From Takakia lepidozioides (lineage: Eukaryota; Plantae; Bryophyta): DNA of 5,634 nt. Shown here piece after piece: positions 3,673 to 5,634 of the stretch. How positions within the stretch are numbered: position 1 is the first letter of the stretch; each line of letters opens with the position of its first letter. The notes under the pieces are model-generated. The model was not told the origin of the DNA, ran no database searches, and saw only the letters and a program-made list of their open reading frames with translations. The stretch covers positions 1-5,634 of the forward strand of contig JAKLZA010000343.1 of the NCBI GenBank assembly GCA_030704615.1. The letters are read 5' to 3'. The translations under genes and the position numbers were made by a program.

Positions 3673-5634
3673 ATGGAGAATATTTGTGCGTTCGATAACC
3701 ACCTGAAACCGGGGTCGGTTTTTTTGGAGGAGGAAAGGAATGACTCAAACGGCGTTGTTGTCGAGAGTATTGTTGTGCTCCACGATGATTTCGGCGATGG
3801 CAGGGAATGGCGAGTTCCACCATCGGACAGCGTCATATACAGGGCTGTTGGGGACTTCATTTGCCCGCCAAATGCACCTTCTATCCTGGCGCCTTCCACG
3901 AAACAATCCGCGAATCAGAGAGTGGTTACCTCAAAGAGAGAAGTCCGCAACGAAGTAAATCCAGAGCCGAACCCATCCATGAAGACGAGCGAGAACCGGG
4001 TTGTTCACAACCTGTCCGACTCAGACGAGGTCAGGAAGTTCCGAGGTCGTCTTGGAGATCAGGCAAGTCCTCAATGGACGTCAGTGGACGAGGGAGTCAT
4101 ATATTCCCAGCACGAGCACCGCAGTTCGATCTATTCTTGAAATTCTGCGAGGGCTTCACATGGAGGGACACCGCTCGGAGCTGGCCGGGCTGGACTACAC
4201 AGTTTGCAATTAAATCGGTTACATGCTTCCCGCAGACGTCGACGGTAATATCTTCTTTGAGTTCCCTCCTCGGACGGACTACTCGAGGGCGTCCGGAATG
4301 TTGACATATGGATAGAAAACATGATGGTCATCCTTGGTGCGTCACCAAAACCACCAGCATGAAGATGCTCGATGGTGTGCGGGTGCGCTACGTTGTTTGT
4401 GGGTGCATTGCGGTGTTTCTCCCCAAAACTTGCTTCCATTTTAAATCCAGAGGTCACAGGAACGAGACCGATTGGACAGGCACAGCTCATCAACCATTTC
4501 GTGCTCAGGAGAAGGTTCCGACTCCACATTTAAGGTGCGCATTGCAAAGAACCACCCACTCTGCATGTCTATTTGTAATGCCAAGCAGTTCTATGGTGTG
4601 GCAGCACCGTTTCCCTGACCTCACCTGAGCTTGCATACGTTTTGGTTCCCATTGTCACAAATTGGCGAGAGGGAACTCGCGGGAGGCTTGCCCACGAGAC
4701 AGAGCAGTTTTGTTCAGGAAGAGGTTAAGTTGAGACCGGGTGCCAAACCCAAACAGATACAGCTCCAAGCCGCCCATAAGATGGCCTTGGCCAGAATTAT
4801 GTCGAAAGACGGCTCCGATAGAGTTCCTCTCGATGAGAAGGAAATGGAGGCATTGCTGGAGTCGGTGTCCCACGTATGTTCACCGAATGTCCGAAACCAC
4901 ATTGTCTCATGTAAACAGAAAATTGGCGTGGCTCAGATATGCACTCCATTCTGGAGGTGAAGCGACGATGTGGAATATGACTACATTCATGGAAGTAGGT
5001 TTCCAGGACAAGGGACTGAGGCAGATCGTTGTTTTTGTGTATTCAAAATGTCCACGTGTGGACGTGGCAGCGGCGTCGAAACTGGTCGACAGGATGACTA
5101 GTGGGGACTTGTCAAATAGTTGGGTCCTGTTCGACCATATCAAGCGAATTACAAATCAACCAGTGGGTGACAATGGGTGCACATGTCTACGACACCCACT
5201 GCAGGATGCTAATGACAATTGTTTATTTGTGAGATGAAAGGAAAGGACACACAATCGGAGATGCTTCTTTGGCAGGGAATAAACGAACAATGGCCAGGCG
5301 GGATTGCAAGGCGGGATTGCCCCCTCCCAATTTCCGTGGTTTCATGGCGGACAACGCACAAGCAAATTGGGCTGCCATCCGAAGGGTGTACGGGCAAGAC
5401 CCCAATGTTTCCCATGGAAGGCAAGGAGAGATCTTGTTGGTTCCATTTTCTGCAGAGTCTTTCGCAGTACACAATCAGGCTCGTGGCGCCAGATTTCAGA
5501 GAGGAGCACCGTTCCATGTGTCTTGCGTAGAAGCGCGCTCCCACCTTGGATGATGCAGAGACACAGTTTGCATGTATACGGGCTTGGTGGACATCGTCAG
5601 GTGCTGTAAGGAAATCAGACGAGGGAGCAATGGT
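3673..5634 (+). mobile_element. Mutator-like (MULE) DDE transposase gene, frameshifted, running off the right edge of the window
   Basis: Stitched from ~4130: SILEILRGLHMEGHRSELAGLDYT/FAIKSVTCFPQT/DGNIFFEFPP.../MDRKHDGHPWCVTKTT...C...RNETDWTG...HRFPDLT*ACIRFGSHCHKLARG (Cys/His, WRKY-GCM1-like Zn domain).../YDYIHGSRFPGQG...VFKMSTCGRGSGVE/LVDRMTSGDLSNSWVLFDHIKR (D at 5133-5135)/WVTMGAHVYD...ICEMKGKD...FRGFMADNAQANW (D at 5350-5352).../PMEGKERSCWFH (CxxH, 5435-5446)...IRAWWTSSGA. D..D..CxxH is the established MULE-type signature and the catalytic E would lie beyond the window. The start is uncertain: ATG 3673 or ATG 3979 in the open, low-complexity frame 3457..4140. In-frame stops at 4626-4628 (TGA) and 5528-5530 (TAG). 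Confidence 0.85.

Larger units (their letters stand above)
545..3907 (+). repeat. Dispersed direct repeat TCCACGAAACAA, three copies (545-556, 947-958, 3895-3906)
   Basis: Exact 12-mer three times in the same orientation. Copies 2 and 3 extend to the 14-mer TTCCACGAAACAAT (946-959, 3894-3907). Confidence 0.9.

Noticed and set aside
1-5634. Prokaryotic restriction-modification or defence locus, or a CRISPR array
   Set aside because: The methyltransferase-like gene has spliceosomal introns, its neighbours are eukaryotic transposons, and there are no regularly spaced repeats with unique spacers.

Overview
Eukaryotic, transposon-rich DNA, most likely from a non-seed land plant (bryophyte, lycophyte or fern; inferred from the protein families, not proven). 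No feature is intact as written: each reading frame is broken by 1-nt indels, mostly in homopolymer runs, so I stitched the proteins across frames by eye. Left to right: (1) ~335-1217, minus strand: a spliced (two GT-AG introns) C-terminal fragment of a prokaryote-type beta-class amino (N6-adenine/N4-cytosine) DNA methyltransferase-like gene, invisible in the ORF track; (2) 1221-2033, plus strand: the 3' end of a Ty3/gypsy chromovirus (integrase C-terminus, GPY/F module, chromodomain), then a PPT and ~1.4 kb of hairpin-rich LTR-type DNA that appears to hold two separate PPT/LTR junctions (2067 and 2754), the second LTR ending at 3471; (3) ~3673/4130 to the window end, plus strand: a Mutator-like (MULE) DDE transposase. 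The most interesting reading is one DNA transposon carrying a divergently oriented, intron-containing amino-methyltransferase gene, later interrupted by chromoviruses and partly deleted. A 12-14 bp motif found three times, on both sides of the retroelement block, supports that link. All family assignments are from manual motif recognition; no searches were run.
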